In this document: one piece after another, positions 41,286 to 54,031 of the stretch
Layout: the number at the start of each line of letters is the position of its first letter
Position numbering within the stretch: position 1 is the first letter of the stretch
NCBI RefSeq assembly: GCF_006345805.1
Contig: NC_042998.1
Location: 63,550,001 to 63,614,000 of the forward strand
Source of the DNA: Octopus sinensis
Lineage: Eukaryota
Reading direction: 5' to 3'
Length of the DNA: 64,000 nt
Program-made: the position numbers and the translations under genes
The notes under the pieces: model-generated
What the model was told of the DNA's origin: nothing
Databases searched by the model: none
The model's input: only the letters and a program-made list of their open reading frames with translations

Positions 41286-41396
41286 GTATTTGAAGTCTAA
41301 CGTTACACCGCATACAAGTCCATGCCATATATCAACGGATCGCAAAAAGAATGTAAGCTATGCATAGCTGAAAAAATACAGATCCTTTTCAGATAT
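41286..41396 (+). mobile_element. Fragment of the older Penelope family (copy of ~32937-33045)
   Basis: TTTGAAGTCTAACGTTACACCGCATACAAG...TGTAAGCTATGCATAGCTGAAAAA is shared. Confidence 0.85.
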
Positions 41397-42180
41397 AGAA
41401 AGAGGATGCATAAGATATGGATGGGGCAGCAGGGCTCGGATATTATAGACCATAGAATCTGTGACTAGAGAAGAGCAATAAGGAAGAAAGAATGCCTAAC
41501 AGTAGTAGAGCTCAATGACATTAGGAGGAGGGTGATGACCGAAAACACGAGGAGTGATACAGAAGTAGATACAGAGAATGCTGACAAGGCTGCACTTGAC
41601 GATAGTAACCAGGAGAGGTATAATATCTCAGCTCCTGAGTGTAAAGAAAGACTAAATAATGAAGACAAGGGAATAGTCGAAGCCATTACTAGTACCATTG
41701 AGGAAAACCTGGATATGGAAATAAATGGATTCAGGAAAGTTGATAGAAATTTGCTGAAGTGTTGGTTACTTAAGGTGAATAAAATGCTGAAAGAAATCAA
41801 GACAAATAATATCACTGGAACGCATGTATAAGTGACAAGGATCTAGAAAAGATTGAAAAGTAGAGATTACTTCAAGACAAAATTGCAAAAATGTGGGCGA
41901 TGAGGAGAATATCTGTTCACTCCAGTATTTGTAAGGACACTCGGAGCATTAACAACCAAGTTCGATCAATATGTCATAGAAATCGGAATTGACCTGAGAG
42001 CAGAGGAAGCCCCAAAACCTGCTGTGCTGGGGATAGCTAGGATTTTGAGATGTTGAATGACTCCCACGATGATTAACAACCAAGTATGAAAGATTATAAT
42101 ATGCGGAAACCTCTGACGGTTGGCTGCTGTTCGCTTTCACAGAATCTACTAGAACAAGACCAAACGTTCTGAGAAACAAA
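41397..42180 (+). mobile_element. Internally deleted R4-type LINE (N-terminal part joined to the 3' end; family of F2)
   Basis: N-terminal ...GFRKVDRNLLKCWLLKVNKMLKEIKT; 3' UTR ...CACAGAATCTA...ACGTTCTGAGAA matches the reverse complement of 30262-30330. Confidence 0.65.
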
Positions 42181-42244
42181 GCAACAACAACAACAACAAT
42201 ACCAATACTAATACTAATAATGATATGTTTATTTTTCAAATTTT

Positions 42245-43165
42245 CTTGCGACTTGTGTGCAAACATGAAAGCAGCAAAAAATCACATCCTTCTGTCAAGG
42301 GAACTTGCAAATTCGCAAGGGAATTTTGCATTCACCATAAATTAGAGGACGAACCTGAAACCTCTGTCACAAAACAAACAAATCGGACCAAAAGAGACTG
42401 TAAAAATGAACGGGAAGAAACTAATTGAGCAGTGGTAGAGCCAGGAGCCTCTGCATGGACAGTATATACTTCGAAGCCGAAATGCTGATGTAGACCAAGC
42501 CCATCAGTGGCTGAGAAGTTCAAGACTGAAAGAAGAGATCAAATGTTTTATATTACCGGCACAAGACCAAATTTTGTTTACCAAAAAGTACCAGGCTAAC
42601 GTACCTCAAGACGGTTGGGACCCTATATGCAGATTCTGGAATACGTTTGACGAAACAATCTCGTCACTAGATGTCTTTTGCTGACGCCGAACGAATGCAA
42701 AGATCGTCACAATACAGTAGGACAGTATTTACATTGGAAAACATGTAAACACTTCAAAATCAACACTCCTGCTTACTAGTATGAATATATCTCCTAGACA
42801 GTCATTGAGATGTTCCAGTCGCCACTGACAGAACGATTCAAGCTCATCGACCTGTCATTAAAAAGACTGGGAAGAAAATACTTGTAGACTAATAGATGTA
42901 AGTGTTCCCACTGATAAAAATATATCTGTAAAGGAATTTGACAAATTAAGTAATTATAAGGACCTGGATATTGAAATACAAAAGATGTGTCATCTAAAAG
43001 CGAGAACTGTTCCTGTTATTGTGGATGTCTTAGGTATGATAAGTAATGGATGTCACAAACATCTAGATAATATCCCAGGAGAGAGGGGTCTCAGAGAAAT
43101 TCAAAAGATTGTGTTGATAAGTGCTATCCACATCCTTAGCAAAGACTTATCAATTTAAATGTCTG
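42245..43165 (+). mobile_element. Decayed R4-type LINE 3' portion (family H)
   Basis: EPLHGQY...HQWLRSSRLKEE...AQDQ; RHNTVGQYLHWK; LIDVSVPTDKNISVKEFDKLSNYKDLDIEI; (TAA)n tail. Confidence 0.8.
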
Positions 43166-43182
43166 TGTTATATTATTATAAT

Positions 43183-43213
<31 letters not shown>

Positions 43214-43215
<2 letters not shown>

Positions 43216-45944
43216 CTCCGCAAATATAACATCACAGAGAAAGAACTCCGCAAATATAACATCACAGAGAAAGAACTCTGCAAATATAACATCACAGAGA
43301 AAGAAAAGAAATAAAAGAAAAGCTGAAGCAAGATATCCTTGCCAAAGCACAAAGGATCCGCCGGTACAAGAAACGCCAACGCTTCTTTGAAGAAAACAAA
43401 AAGTTCAACTCTAACCCCAAAAATTTCTACCAAGAACTGGGAAAAAATAAAATAGAAGTCACTCACTGCAGCACCAACGGCAGAAGAATTGGAAGAATTC
43501 TGGGGAGAAATATGGTCGGCGAACGAACCACCAAAAAAAAGGAGTATCAGAATAACAAACTCGGCATCTGAACAACTTTGGACCCCCATAACAACTGAAG
43601 AGGTCACCCAGGCACTGCAAAGACTAAGCAACTGGAAGGCACCTGGGCATGACAAGATCCCCAACTTCTGGTTGAAATATCTAACAGGAATGCACAAAAA
43701 GCTGGCTGAAAACTTTAACAAAGTACTAGCAGAGCCAGAGACAATGCCTGAATGGCTCACGAAGGGGAAAACCATCTTAATTCCCAAATCAAATGAAACA
43801 GAAAAACCAGAAAACTACAGACCAATAACCTGCCTCCCTACTTTGTTCAAGGCATTTACTGCAGTGATATCGCAAAGGCTGAACAAGCACCTGGACGAAA
43901 ACAAACTGTTCCCAGAAGAGCAGAAAGGATGCCGCAAGGGCTCATATGGCTGTAAAGATCAACTAATGATTAATAAAGCCATAACTGAAGACAGCCACAG
44001 AAAGAAGAAAGGCCTCAGTATGGCCTGGATTGACTACAAAAAGGCGTTTGTTAGCATCCCCCACACATGGATCCTCGAAACACTAGCCATTAACAAAGTA
44101 GCACCAACAATCATAAAATTCATAGAGCACTCTATGAATAAATGGCAAACAGTCCTACACCTCCAAACAAAAGAGGGACTCATGAAAACCAAAGACATCC
44201 CCATTAGAAGAGGAATATTCCAGGGAGACACGCTCTCTCCACTCCTTTTCTGCTTGGCACTGTCACCTCTATCTGATACGCTAAATAGAACTGGATGCGG
44301 ATATAAATGTTACGGCAAAACGATCAGCCACCTTTTATATATGGATGACCTAAAACTATACGCTGCAAATGACAAACAGCTGGAAACACTATTAAAGACA
44401 GTTCATGGATTTACCAAAGAAATAGATATGAAATTTGGATTAGAAAAATGCGCCAAAGTAACCATGAAAAGAGGAAAACTAGTTAAAAGTAACAACATCA
44501 CACTAGATAAAACCAATGAAATAAAAGAATTAGACCAAAGCCAAACTTACAAATACTTAGGAATCCATGAACTAGATAAGACGAGTTAGATCAATACTAA
44601 AAACAGAGCTCAATGCTAAAAACAAGATAATAGGTATCAACACTTTAGCTGTCCCAGTTATAAGTTACAGCTACAATATCCTTAACTGGACACGAAATGA
44701 ACTGACCAAAATAGATAGGAAAACAAGAAAAATAATGACAGGATCTAGGATGCAGCACCCAAAATCTGACACAGAAAGACTATATATACAACGTATAGAA
44801 GGTGGTAGAGGCCTTATACAGCTGGAAAACTACTATAAAATAACCACCATAGGACTGCAAAAATATCTACTTCAGAATGAAGGAAAACTGATCCAGATAG
44901 CGGCAAAACACGAGCAAAACAAAAAACTGTTCTCAGTATTTAAGGAAGCTGACAAATACAAACAAGAAATCATACCACCTAATAAACACGAAGAAGAAGA
45001 AGATGAAGAAACAACAAAAGCTATAAAACAAATGAAATCCAAACTAAAAATAGAACTGCAACGAAACATGATAAAACGATGGCAAGAAAAGCCCCTTCAT
45101 GGTAAATACTGCACTAAACTAAACGCAAAAGAAATAGACAAAGAAAAATCCCAGCAATGGTTGAGAAGCTCAGGACTCAAAGCAGAAACAGAGGGATTTT
45201 GAATTGCAGCACAAGTCCAAAGCCTCCCCACCAGAAATTACCAAAAACATGTAATGAAAAGAAATATTACAAGTAACTGCAGAATATGTGGAGATGGACA
45301 AGAAACAATAAACCATATTATCTCTAGCTGCCCAGTCTTGGCTAAGAAGGAATATATTCACAGACATGACAGAGTTGGAACCTACATACATTGGAAGCTA
45401 TGCCAACATTATGGAATAACAACAGAAAAAAGATGGTATAGGCACACACCAGAAAAGGTCACAGAAAACGAGAAAGCAACCATACTCTGGGATATGCCGA
45501 TACACACAGATAGAGAAATTAAGGCCAACAGACCAGATATAGTTGTCAGAGATCATGAAGAAAAAAATGCTTTCTAATTGATGTATCAATACCGGCTGAT
45601 GACAACCTGTCTCTAAAAGAAATGGAGAAACTCTCAAGATACAAAGACCTGGAAATAGAGGTAACTAGAATGTGGAATCTGAAAACAGAAACAATTCCTA
45701 TCATAGTAGGTGCATTAGGCATGATAAAAAAATATTCAGACAAATGCATAACAAAAACACCAGGACTCACAAACACATATAACATACAGAAAATTGCACT
45801 ACTAGGCACTGCACACATCCTACGCAGAACACTTTCCATACAATAACCATCAGAGCATCACAACAAATCACAGCACATACCCAAGGCACACAGAGCTGTG
45901 CTAGGTAGTGAAGTGAAAGCACGCTATAAAAATAAAACTACTGA
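43214..45944 (+). mobile_element. R4/Dong copy C (same family as A), 5'-truncated, with a 5' triplication and a 46-bp internal deletion
   Basis: High identity to 15518-18237; ORF pieces 43489-44589, 44735-45202, 45254-45577 and 45622-45846; (TAA)n on both sides. Confidence 0.93.
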
Positions 45945-45960
45945 ATAATAATACTAATAC

Positions 45961-46023
<63 letters not shown>

Positions 46024-46071
46024 TAATAGTAATAATAATAATCAAAATAATAATAATAACAATAATCCCAT

Positions 46072-46490
46072 CTACTGTAGGCACAAGGCCTAAAACTTTG
46101 TGTAAGGGACTAATTGATTATATCTACTTCAGTGCTCCACTGGTACTTATTTTATCAACCGCGAATGGATGAAGCACAAAATCAGTCTCGGTGGAATTTA
46201 TGCTCAGAATGTAAAGTGAATAACATCTACATAAAAAATAACAACAGGAAGAAGAACAATAACTACAGTAATAACGAGAACAATTGTTTCAATATTTGGC
46301 GCAATGGCAGCGATTTTTGGTGGAGGTGGTTAGACAATATCATCGACTCCAGTAGTCCTCTATTTCATCAACCTTCGAATGAACAAAGAGCAATTTTCAA
46401 CTCAGCAGGGTTTGTAATCAGAACGCTGGACAGCCACTCAAAATTTCGTATACTGCGCTGACTATTTTGCCAGCTGAACGCTTTAAAAAC
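46072..46490 (-). mobile_element. Two decayed tRNA-SINE copies (family of 31745-31957)
   Basis: ACTGGTACTTATTTTATCAACC.CGAATGGATGAAG...GTCTCGGTGGAATTT matches the family; the second copy at 46290-46490 is more degraded. Confidence 0.55.
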
Positions 46491-46551
46491 AATAAAAACA
46501 ACATCAACCATAACCACAACCGCGGCGACAATAACAACAACAGCAACGAGT

Positions 46552-46802
46552 GGAGGCGCAATGGCCCAGTGGTTAGGGCAGCGGACTCGGGTCGTAAGAA
46601 CGCGGTTTCGATTCCCAGCCCGGGCATTGTGAGTATTTATTGAGCAAAAACACCTAAACTCCACGAGGCACCGACGGGGGGGGGGGTGAACCCTGTTGTA
46701 CTCTTTCACCACAACTTCTCTCACACTTCCTACTTCTGCCACAAAGCAAAAGAACCATGGTGTAACCCACTATGGTGTGGTAAATTTTCTGACCCTAGTC
46801 TA
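46552..46802 (+). mobile_element. tRNA-derived SINE (third family) followed by (GAA)n
   Basis: GGAGGCGCAATGGCCCAGTGGTTAGGGCAGCGG (A box)...CGCGGTTTCGATTCCC (B box). Confidence 0.8.
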
Positions 46803-46890
46803 GAAGAAGAAGAAGAAGAAGAAGAAGAAGAAGAAGAAGAAGAAGAAGAAGAAGAAGAAGAAGAAGAAGAAGAAGAAGAAGAAGAAGAAG
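46803..46890. repeat. (GAA)n microsatellite
   Basis: Direct reading. Confidence 0.98.
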
Positions 46891-47558
46891 ACAACAGCAT
46901 CGATAACTGTGATGATGATGTATTCTTGTATTCCTAAATGAATTCTGGGAATCCAGTGAAAGGTTCGGGTTTTCTCTATTTTAGTAGTCTTTGATTTCTA
47001 GCTACAGTAATAGGAAATGTAGTTCTGAGTTCTCTCTTCTATCTTTAACGAACATTATTAAAACACGTAACAGTTGTATTCGACTAAATTCTCACGTTAT
47101 ATATTCATCAGTGAGTTTCTTGTATAGGTATTCAACAACATTGAAATACCATCACTATTATTGTTGCTAATTCAGAGTTCATAAAAAGGATCAATTGTCA
47201 TTTTTTTTCAAATAAATAAAATACATTGATCTCAAGATTCATTTAGTTCCGTACATCCAGACTACCTGAACTAAACCATTATTTAACCAACAAATAGTTG
47301 TAATGGTGTTTGAAGGTTATATTATTATTTAGAGTTACGGTATGTTACCGGAATTTCAGACACTATGTCTGCAGATGGACCGCTCGAAATCTGCTATATA
47401 TTTATATAACTCTTTCTGCCTGCCTCCCTTTGTGTATATACATATATGTGTGTGTGTATCTTTATCATATATTTTGTGTGAGCGAATGTGTGTGTATGTG
47501 TATATATGAATATATATATCTATATCTATATATGTATATATATATGTGTGTGTATGTA

Positions 47559-47623
<65 letters not shown>

Positions 47624-47894
47624 TGTGTGCATGTGTCTGTGTATAGAGTGTTAGGTGTAATGTACAGAAAATGAATATTTAAAAAGAAAGTCGTCAGAAC
47701 TTTGGAAAGAAATCTTTGTATTTCTTCTTTAGTATTAGCAATTTCTTTCGTTTCACGAACTTGTCAAATAAAATTTTGTGAATGTATAAACAGCTTTTTC
47801 ATTTATATAAAACAGATGTTTTTTCTTGATTTCTTGTTTCGAAGACGAGAACATTATTTTTTTTTTGGTGGGGAGAAGTTGCACTGAGAGTAGA

Positions 47895-48298
47895 GATCGA
47901 TAGATAGAAATATAGGTAGGTAAATAGGCTGTTAGATAAACAAATGGATAGATAGATATATAGATAGATAGGGAGAGAGAGAGAGAGAGAGGGGAGAAAC
48001 CCCCTTCCTATTCACCATTCATTTATTTATCTATTTAATTCGTCATTTACCATTGTTTTGGAATGGGTTAAGTATGGTGACATCTTCAAAAAAAAAAAAA
48101 AGTAGGTGTGGTGTGGTTATCACTGAAATACTTTTTGCATCCTTTCTCTCTTCCCAGATAGGACACCATCCTTAAACCCATTCCAATACAATGGTATATG
48201 ACTAAATAAATAAATGAATGGTGAATAGGAAGGCCGATCCCCCTTCTCTCTCTCCCTCTCTCTCCCTCTCTATCTATGTGTCTGAATATCTATCTATC

Positions 48299-48395
<97 letters not shown>
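47895..48395. repeat. Foldback structure: ~70-77 bp unique inverted arms (48003-48079 / 48164-48233) extended by mirrored (GATA)n(GA)n / (TC)n(TATC)n; the right arm resumes at 54379-54419
   Basis: CCTTCCTATTCACCATTCATTTATTT.../...AAATAAATGAATGGTGAATAGGAAGG; the reverse complement of 47895-47935 matches 54379-54419. Confidence 0.85.
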
Positions 48396-48618
48396 CTCTC
48401 ACAATGGACGGACGCTAGTCATATCGGCTCCACGTAAGTTGGCCACTTTTACATGTTTAAAACTCCTTGTTGTCAAATATTTTGTTTTAATCGTTGTGCA
48501 AGTTCATTCACTAAAAAACCTGAGAATTATTCACGTAGAATTCCGCCCCTGTATGGGCGAAATTACAAAAAAACTTTCAAAACTTTCGTGGGTTTTTTAG
48601 CCATTTTTCATTTTGAAA

Positions 48619-50607
48619 ATGGCAACTAGAAACCACGTGGCTAGCCCGCCAGTCATGCAGAACGGTAGCAAAACACTATTGCTACCACTAGCTGCTAAAC
48701 ATCGCAGCGTGAACACCGCTGTCACCACCATCACCACCACCACCAACAACAACAACAAATCTAACGTCGCATTCACCATCGCCGCGACCAAAGACATTAA
48801 CTTAGATTTCCCCTCACTCCTCACACCACTTGTTGATGATAAAGGTACAGAGAAAGGGATTTCAAAAATGAATACAAACGAAAACATGAATGCCAGCACC
48901 ACCACCAACACCACCACCAACAACAACAACGAAATTGGCACAAAGCCGCCTACCAAAGACAACACCGCCAACACCAACACCACTACTACGACGTCAAATG
49001 CTACATCCAAGCCTTCTGCTGCTAATACCGCCAACACCAACACCACTACCATGACTTCAATTAACACTGCCACAATTAACACTTCTACTGCCAAATTCAA
49101 AACGAATTTTGCGGACGTAACAAAACAAAAAAAACAATTGTAACATTCACCACACAAGAGATAAACCGCACAAAGCACTCTTCTCCAAAGAAGGAGACAA
49201 ATTGCACCTTCACATTCCACAACACATCGTGGAAAACACACAAAAAAAACCAATAATTTATAAAGTAATAAACAAAAAAACAAGAAGAACAGAAAATGCA
49301 CCGCAGGAAAAAATCGAAAAATGCCTTCGTCCTGGGGACTCCAAGGAATATATCAGTTGGGGAAACAAATTTGGTACAGTCCAAGTACGTTTCCTCAACG
49401 AAAGTTTAGCAAAACGTTTTTCCACATTGGAGCTGCATTCGGACGACTTGGTAATGATACCAGTCTATTTAAACAAAAGGGTCACGAAAGTCCAAATAAA
49501 ACATACCATTTGATGTCGAAACACAATGGTTGGTCTCTGCCATCTGCTTTGAAATGTCAGAGACAAACATCCTGGAAATCGCGGTTCTAGGAGAGAAAGA
49601 CTATGTGGGCAAATCAATCGAATTCCTGCTTCAATTGGATGAAGCAGCAAGAGAGAAGATACCCACCGCTATAGAACTGCCAGGAGGCTACAAACTCTAT
49701 ATAGTGGTAGAGGGCAGGCGACCACGCTGCTATTTGTGTGGAAGCGAAACACACTTGAAAAAGACGTGCCCAACCACTGCACACCAAGAGCAACAACAAC
49801 AAACACTACCACAACCAAAGCTCCGAAAAAAAAGCTCTACTACCCACACCACCATCACACAGAAGACGACAAGAGAAGCACACCAAGCTAATCCGTCATC
49901 AACCAAAAACCACTCAACACCTGAAAAAATACCAACACCACCAACAACAGCAAAACCCAAGGAACAGAAAAACAAAGAAAACACACACAACTGATCCCCC
50001 ATCCCTTATACCGCACTCAACACACACAAACACTCAACAACCAACAACAACGAAAACAACAACACAACCACTTACACAGACATACATAGAAGCCCACAAC
50101 ATACCCCTACCCCCTTCTGATTCCTCAGAAATTTCGTCGGAAGACGAAACCAGTGAGGAATGGCAAATAGCTACAAAAAAGGAAAATAAAGAGCAGAAAC
50201 ACAACCAAACCAAATGCAACACGAACAAAGCAGGGGGAAAAACATCTCCGAAGACATTTCAAAACCCAACGCAAACAACAGCCACACCAACACACAAAAA
50301 ACATATACAGCAAACATGCTCACAGCCATAGACACCAAAAACACAAATTTGATGGAATACATCCAATCAAAAACAACATAACAGAAGATGACATAAAAAC
50401 ACAATCACCCATACACAACACCACCAGACCACATCAAAATATTACACATCTCCAAAAGTCTGCACCACACACTCAAAGGCATTTTCCCCACAAAAATATC
50501 TCACAAAGAAACTGTACTGGGATCTTCTCGAGACAAACCAACGGAGGAGAAAGCAAAAACTTTCAAGCAGTAAGTACCCTCTGTATTCTAATTCATTAGA
50601 ACTATGA
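48619..50607 (+). pseudogene. Tx1 ORF1 (Thr/Asn-rich N-terminus, RRM-like region, CCHC knuckle), broken
   Basis: ORF-track pieces 48613-49143, 49202-49513 and 49530-49994; end point inferred. Confidence 0.75.
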
Positions 50608-53600
50608 TCAAGATTGGTTGTGTAAATGCGCGTGGCTTGGGGTCCCCTTGGAAACAAGGGTACCTCTTAAATGACATAAAGTCACATAAGTTAGAAATCA
50701 TAGCCATAAGCGAGACCAGACTCCACAATCCGCGGCCCTAAAGACCATGTTTGGCGGACAGTTCAACATTTATTTTTCCCCCTGTCTGCCGAGAATGGGC
50801 GGTAGTGGCACCGCGGTACTTTTTCACAAGAGTCTGGATCTCAAAGTAAGGACAATATTCGTAGACCCGAGGGTAGACTGGTCGTCCTGGATGTCGACGG
50901 CAGCAATGGGTGCGCTTTTCGACTCGTATCAGTTTACGCACCGCCCTTAACAGGTCGGGCGGATTTCTTTCAACGTCTAGAAGTTTTCTTGGGAACGTCT
51001 CGTCCTTTACTCTTAGTGGGGGATTGGAATGCTACCTTGGACACGCATGTAGACTACGTGGGTAGAGATAGGAATAGACGGGGATGCAAATGCCTCAGAG
51101 ACCTGCTCAGACGCTTTCAACTGTCTGACAGGTTCCGACTAGACCACCCGAATGCGCCAACGTGGACATGGAGCAACCGCATCGGGTCGTCGAGATCGTA
51201 TCTAGATAGGATACTGTGTAGGACAGTATAGAGATAGCATAGGATGTCCACAATTCCACATAGTCAGCTACACGGATCACAAACTTGTGACATGTACGCT
51301 AGACTTAGGTAAGACACTTAGGCAGGGTCCCGGATACTGGAAACTAAACGCGTCTTTCCCATCGAGACAAGTTTTCAGAGACCGGATTAGCACACTAGTA
51401 AAGAAGGCTTTGACGGGAGCCATCATCAACAACAAATGGTGGTTTGCCCTCAAGAGAGCAGTAAAAGCAGAAGCGATTAGGTACAGCAAAGCACTAGCCA
51501 TAGATAGAAATAGAGTAGAGGGTGAGCTAGTTAAGAAGCTAGAAGAGGCAATTAGAAGCGGCATCGCATCCGACGTTTTGGCGGCGAGGTTGGCCCTCGA
51601 CCAACACTTCAACGCCAACACGAAGGATGTGCTGTCAGAGCTAGGATGCGTGCTCTAAGGAACGAAGGTGTTGGAGCCGCGAGAGAGGCCCGGGTGGCAG
51701 AGGCGCAACAGGGCAACAAAGCCACCATTCGGTCACTGGTAGATGAACAGGGCGCGAGTTGCTCGAGCCAAGTAAAATGTGTGAGGCCTTTCAGCAGCAT
51801 TTTGCCCGACTGTTCGGAACGAGTGGAGGGCAAGAACGTAGGGTGGACTTCAGTGCCTACCTACATAGCCTACCACGACTCTCGACAAGAAAGGCAGGGT
51901 GCTGCGAAGGTGCCATCACGGCGGCGGAAGTGCGGGAAGCGATGGCAGAATGCTCGAGGGACAAATCACCGGGTTTGGATGGTCTACCCTACGAGCTTTA
52001 CAATTGTATGCCAGACTTGTTTGGAGATCTCTTGGCGGCGGTGTACTGCAACTGGCAGCAAAACGGGAGCATTCCTGGTTTTGTGAGCCGAGGAGCCGTA
52101 ACACTGCTGAAGAAAGATCTAAACAAGGGAAATGTAATAGATAACTTTAGGCCCATCACTCTGCTTAATGCAGACTTGAAAATTTTGGCCAAGGTGCTAG
52201 CCAAGAGGTTGGCGCTTGTCATCGAGAAACTGGTCGACAAGGCGCAAACATGCGCCGTGCCAGGCCGGACCATCCATGACAACCTCCATCTGATGCGCTA
52301 CATCATAGACAGGTAGTTAACGAACCTGGCATGGGTGGGGCCCTGATCAACTTGGATCAATCGAAAGCCTTTGATAGGGTAGACCATCGATACTTGGAGG
52401 CAGTCCTGAGAGCGGCTGGTTTCGGTCCCGTCTTCCGCGGCTGGATAGCTGCTTTGTACAGAGGCATCCGTTCGGTAATTCGCGTAAATGGACATCTATC
52501 GAGACCTTTCGACATTGCACGTTCGGTCCGTCAGGGATGCCCCCTCTCGGCGCTTCTATACGTATTGACTCTTGAGCCACTACTGCGGAAGCTGGCGACT
52601 CTAGGGGCATCCCGCGAGAATTGGGATGCGGGACGAGCGTGTCTGCATACGCGGACGACGTCACCGTCATAGTGTCTAGCCACGAGCACATCGAGCTGGT
52701 CGGCGAGACACTGAAAAACCTACGAAGCGGTGACAGGAGCGAAAATCAACCGGGAAAAGTCAGTGGGCTTGCGACTAGGCACCTGGAGAAGCAAGCCCAT
52801 GCCGTCCACCAGCGCCTCCGTCGTGGGACGCTGGACCGACGGCCCGGTTGAGTTGCTCGGGGTCTGGTTTGGTCCGGACCTCCAAGTGGAGGAGAACTGG
52901 AACGAGATAACGAGTAGGGTGGTCACTCTCGCCCGGCAATGGGCCGAGAGGAAACTGTCCCTAAAAGGTCGAGCGGAGGTGGCGAACACGTACATCGCGT
53001 CCGTCATCTACTACCGCCTGACCGTCGTACCTTGTCCCGACACTACCATCACCAAACTACAACGCATCCTCTTTCGCTTCTTGTGGAAAGGATGCGTCCC
53101 GATGGTCAGACGATCCATTTGCTGTCAACACCCGTTAAAAGGAGGGCTGGGCATGCCGTGGTTGATGATGCGCAGACACGCTGAGACTGCAACATCTCTG
53201 GCTCTATGTAGACGACGGTGAACAGTGTGGTCGCCGTTTGTGAGGCACGCTTTCCCGCAGCTCGTCTCCATGACCGAACTGCAGTCGTGGATCAAAAAGA
53301 GGCCGAGGAAGGGCGAATGGCACCGCGAGTGTCGCGTTGCTATCAAGCAACTCTGCCGTCCTGGGTCGACCTTAAGTGACTTCAACACAACCAAAGCATT
53401 CTATAGGGGTTTAGTGGAGGGGAGGTACGACGACGAGCTCGGGGCGAACCTGGACGTCGACGAGGAGTACCTGACCCGCCTGTTCAGGACGACTTTCGGG
53501 CCAGGGCCCATGGACAACTTCCAGAGATCCCTGGCCTGGCAGTGCTACCGAGAAGCGCTACCCGTTCTGGATAACCTCTACAGACACGGCTCGAGAAACA

Positions 53601-54031
53601 CGGGGCCGACCTGCCCGAGATGCGGTCAGAGCGACGAAACCGTTCTGCACGCACTCGTTCAGTGTCCAACAATTTCCGACATGTAGGCTTATGTCGAACA
53701 ACTGCTGTCACGTGTGGGACGAGTCGGTTTATCAGCTGAGTCTATCGTCAATATTGTCACGCCTCCTTCCTTCAAACGGGAAGGAAGAGCTATTTTCATC
53801 ATCCTTGTGGCTATGGCGAAAGAATGTATCTGGTGGACGCGTCTGAAAGGATTGGAGACAAACAATTTCCTCTCTGGTCAATCTCTCATCAACTTCTTCA
53901 AGTACCACTTGAAAAGGAAAGTGAGAGTAGAGAGGCAAGTTTTGTCTAGCGAATGTTTTAAAAAAAGATGGGTGAATGTAGCAAGAATGGCACGTATGAA
54001 TGACGAAGCCACCTTGAGCATAGTCCTATGA
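50604..54031 (+). pseudogene. Tx1 ORF2 (APE endonuclease, RT, CCHC), multiple frameshifts
   Basis: Starts MIKIGCVNARGLG at 50604, ends ...LSIVL* at 54031. Confidence 0.9.

Noticed and set aside
46552-46625. tRNA-like sequence (also the 31880-31957 head)
   Set aside because: No complete cloverleaf, and it continues into a SINE body, so these are SINE heads rather than tRNA genes.
48597-49301. 234-aa Val/Leu-rich minus-strand ORF
   Set aside because: Antisense shadow of the (ACC/AAC)-rich Tx1 ORF1.
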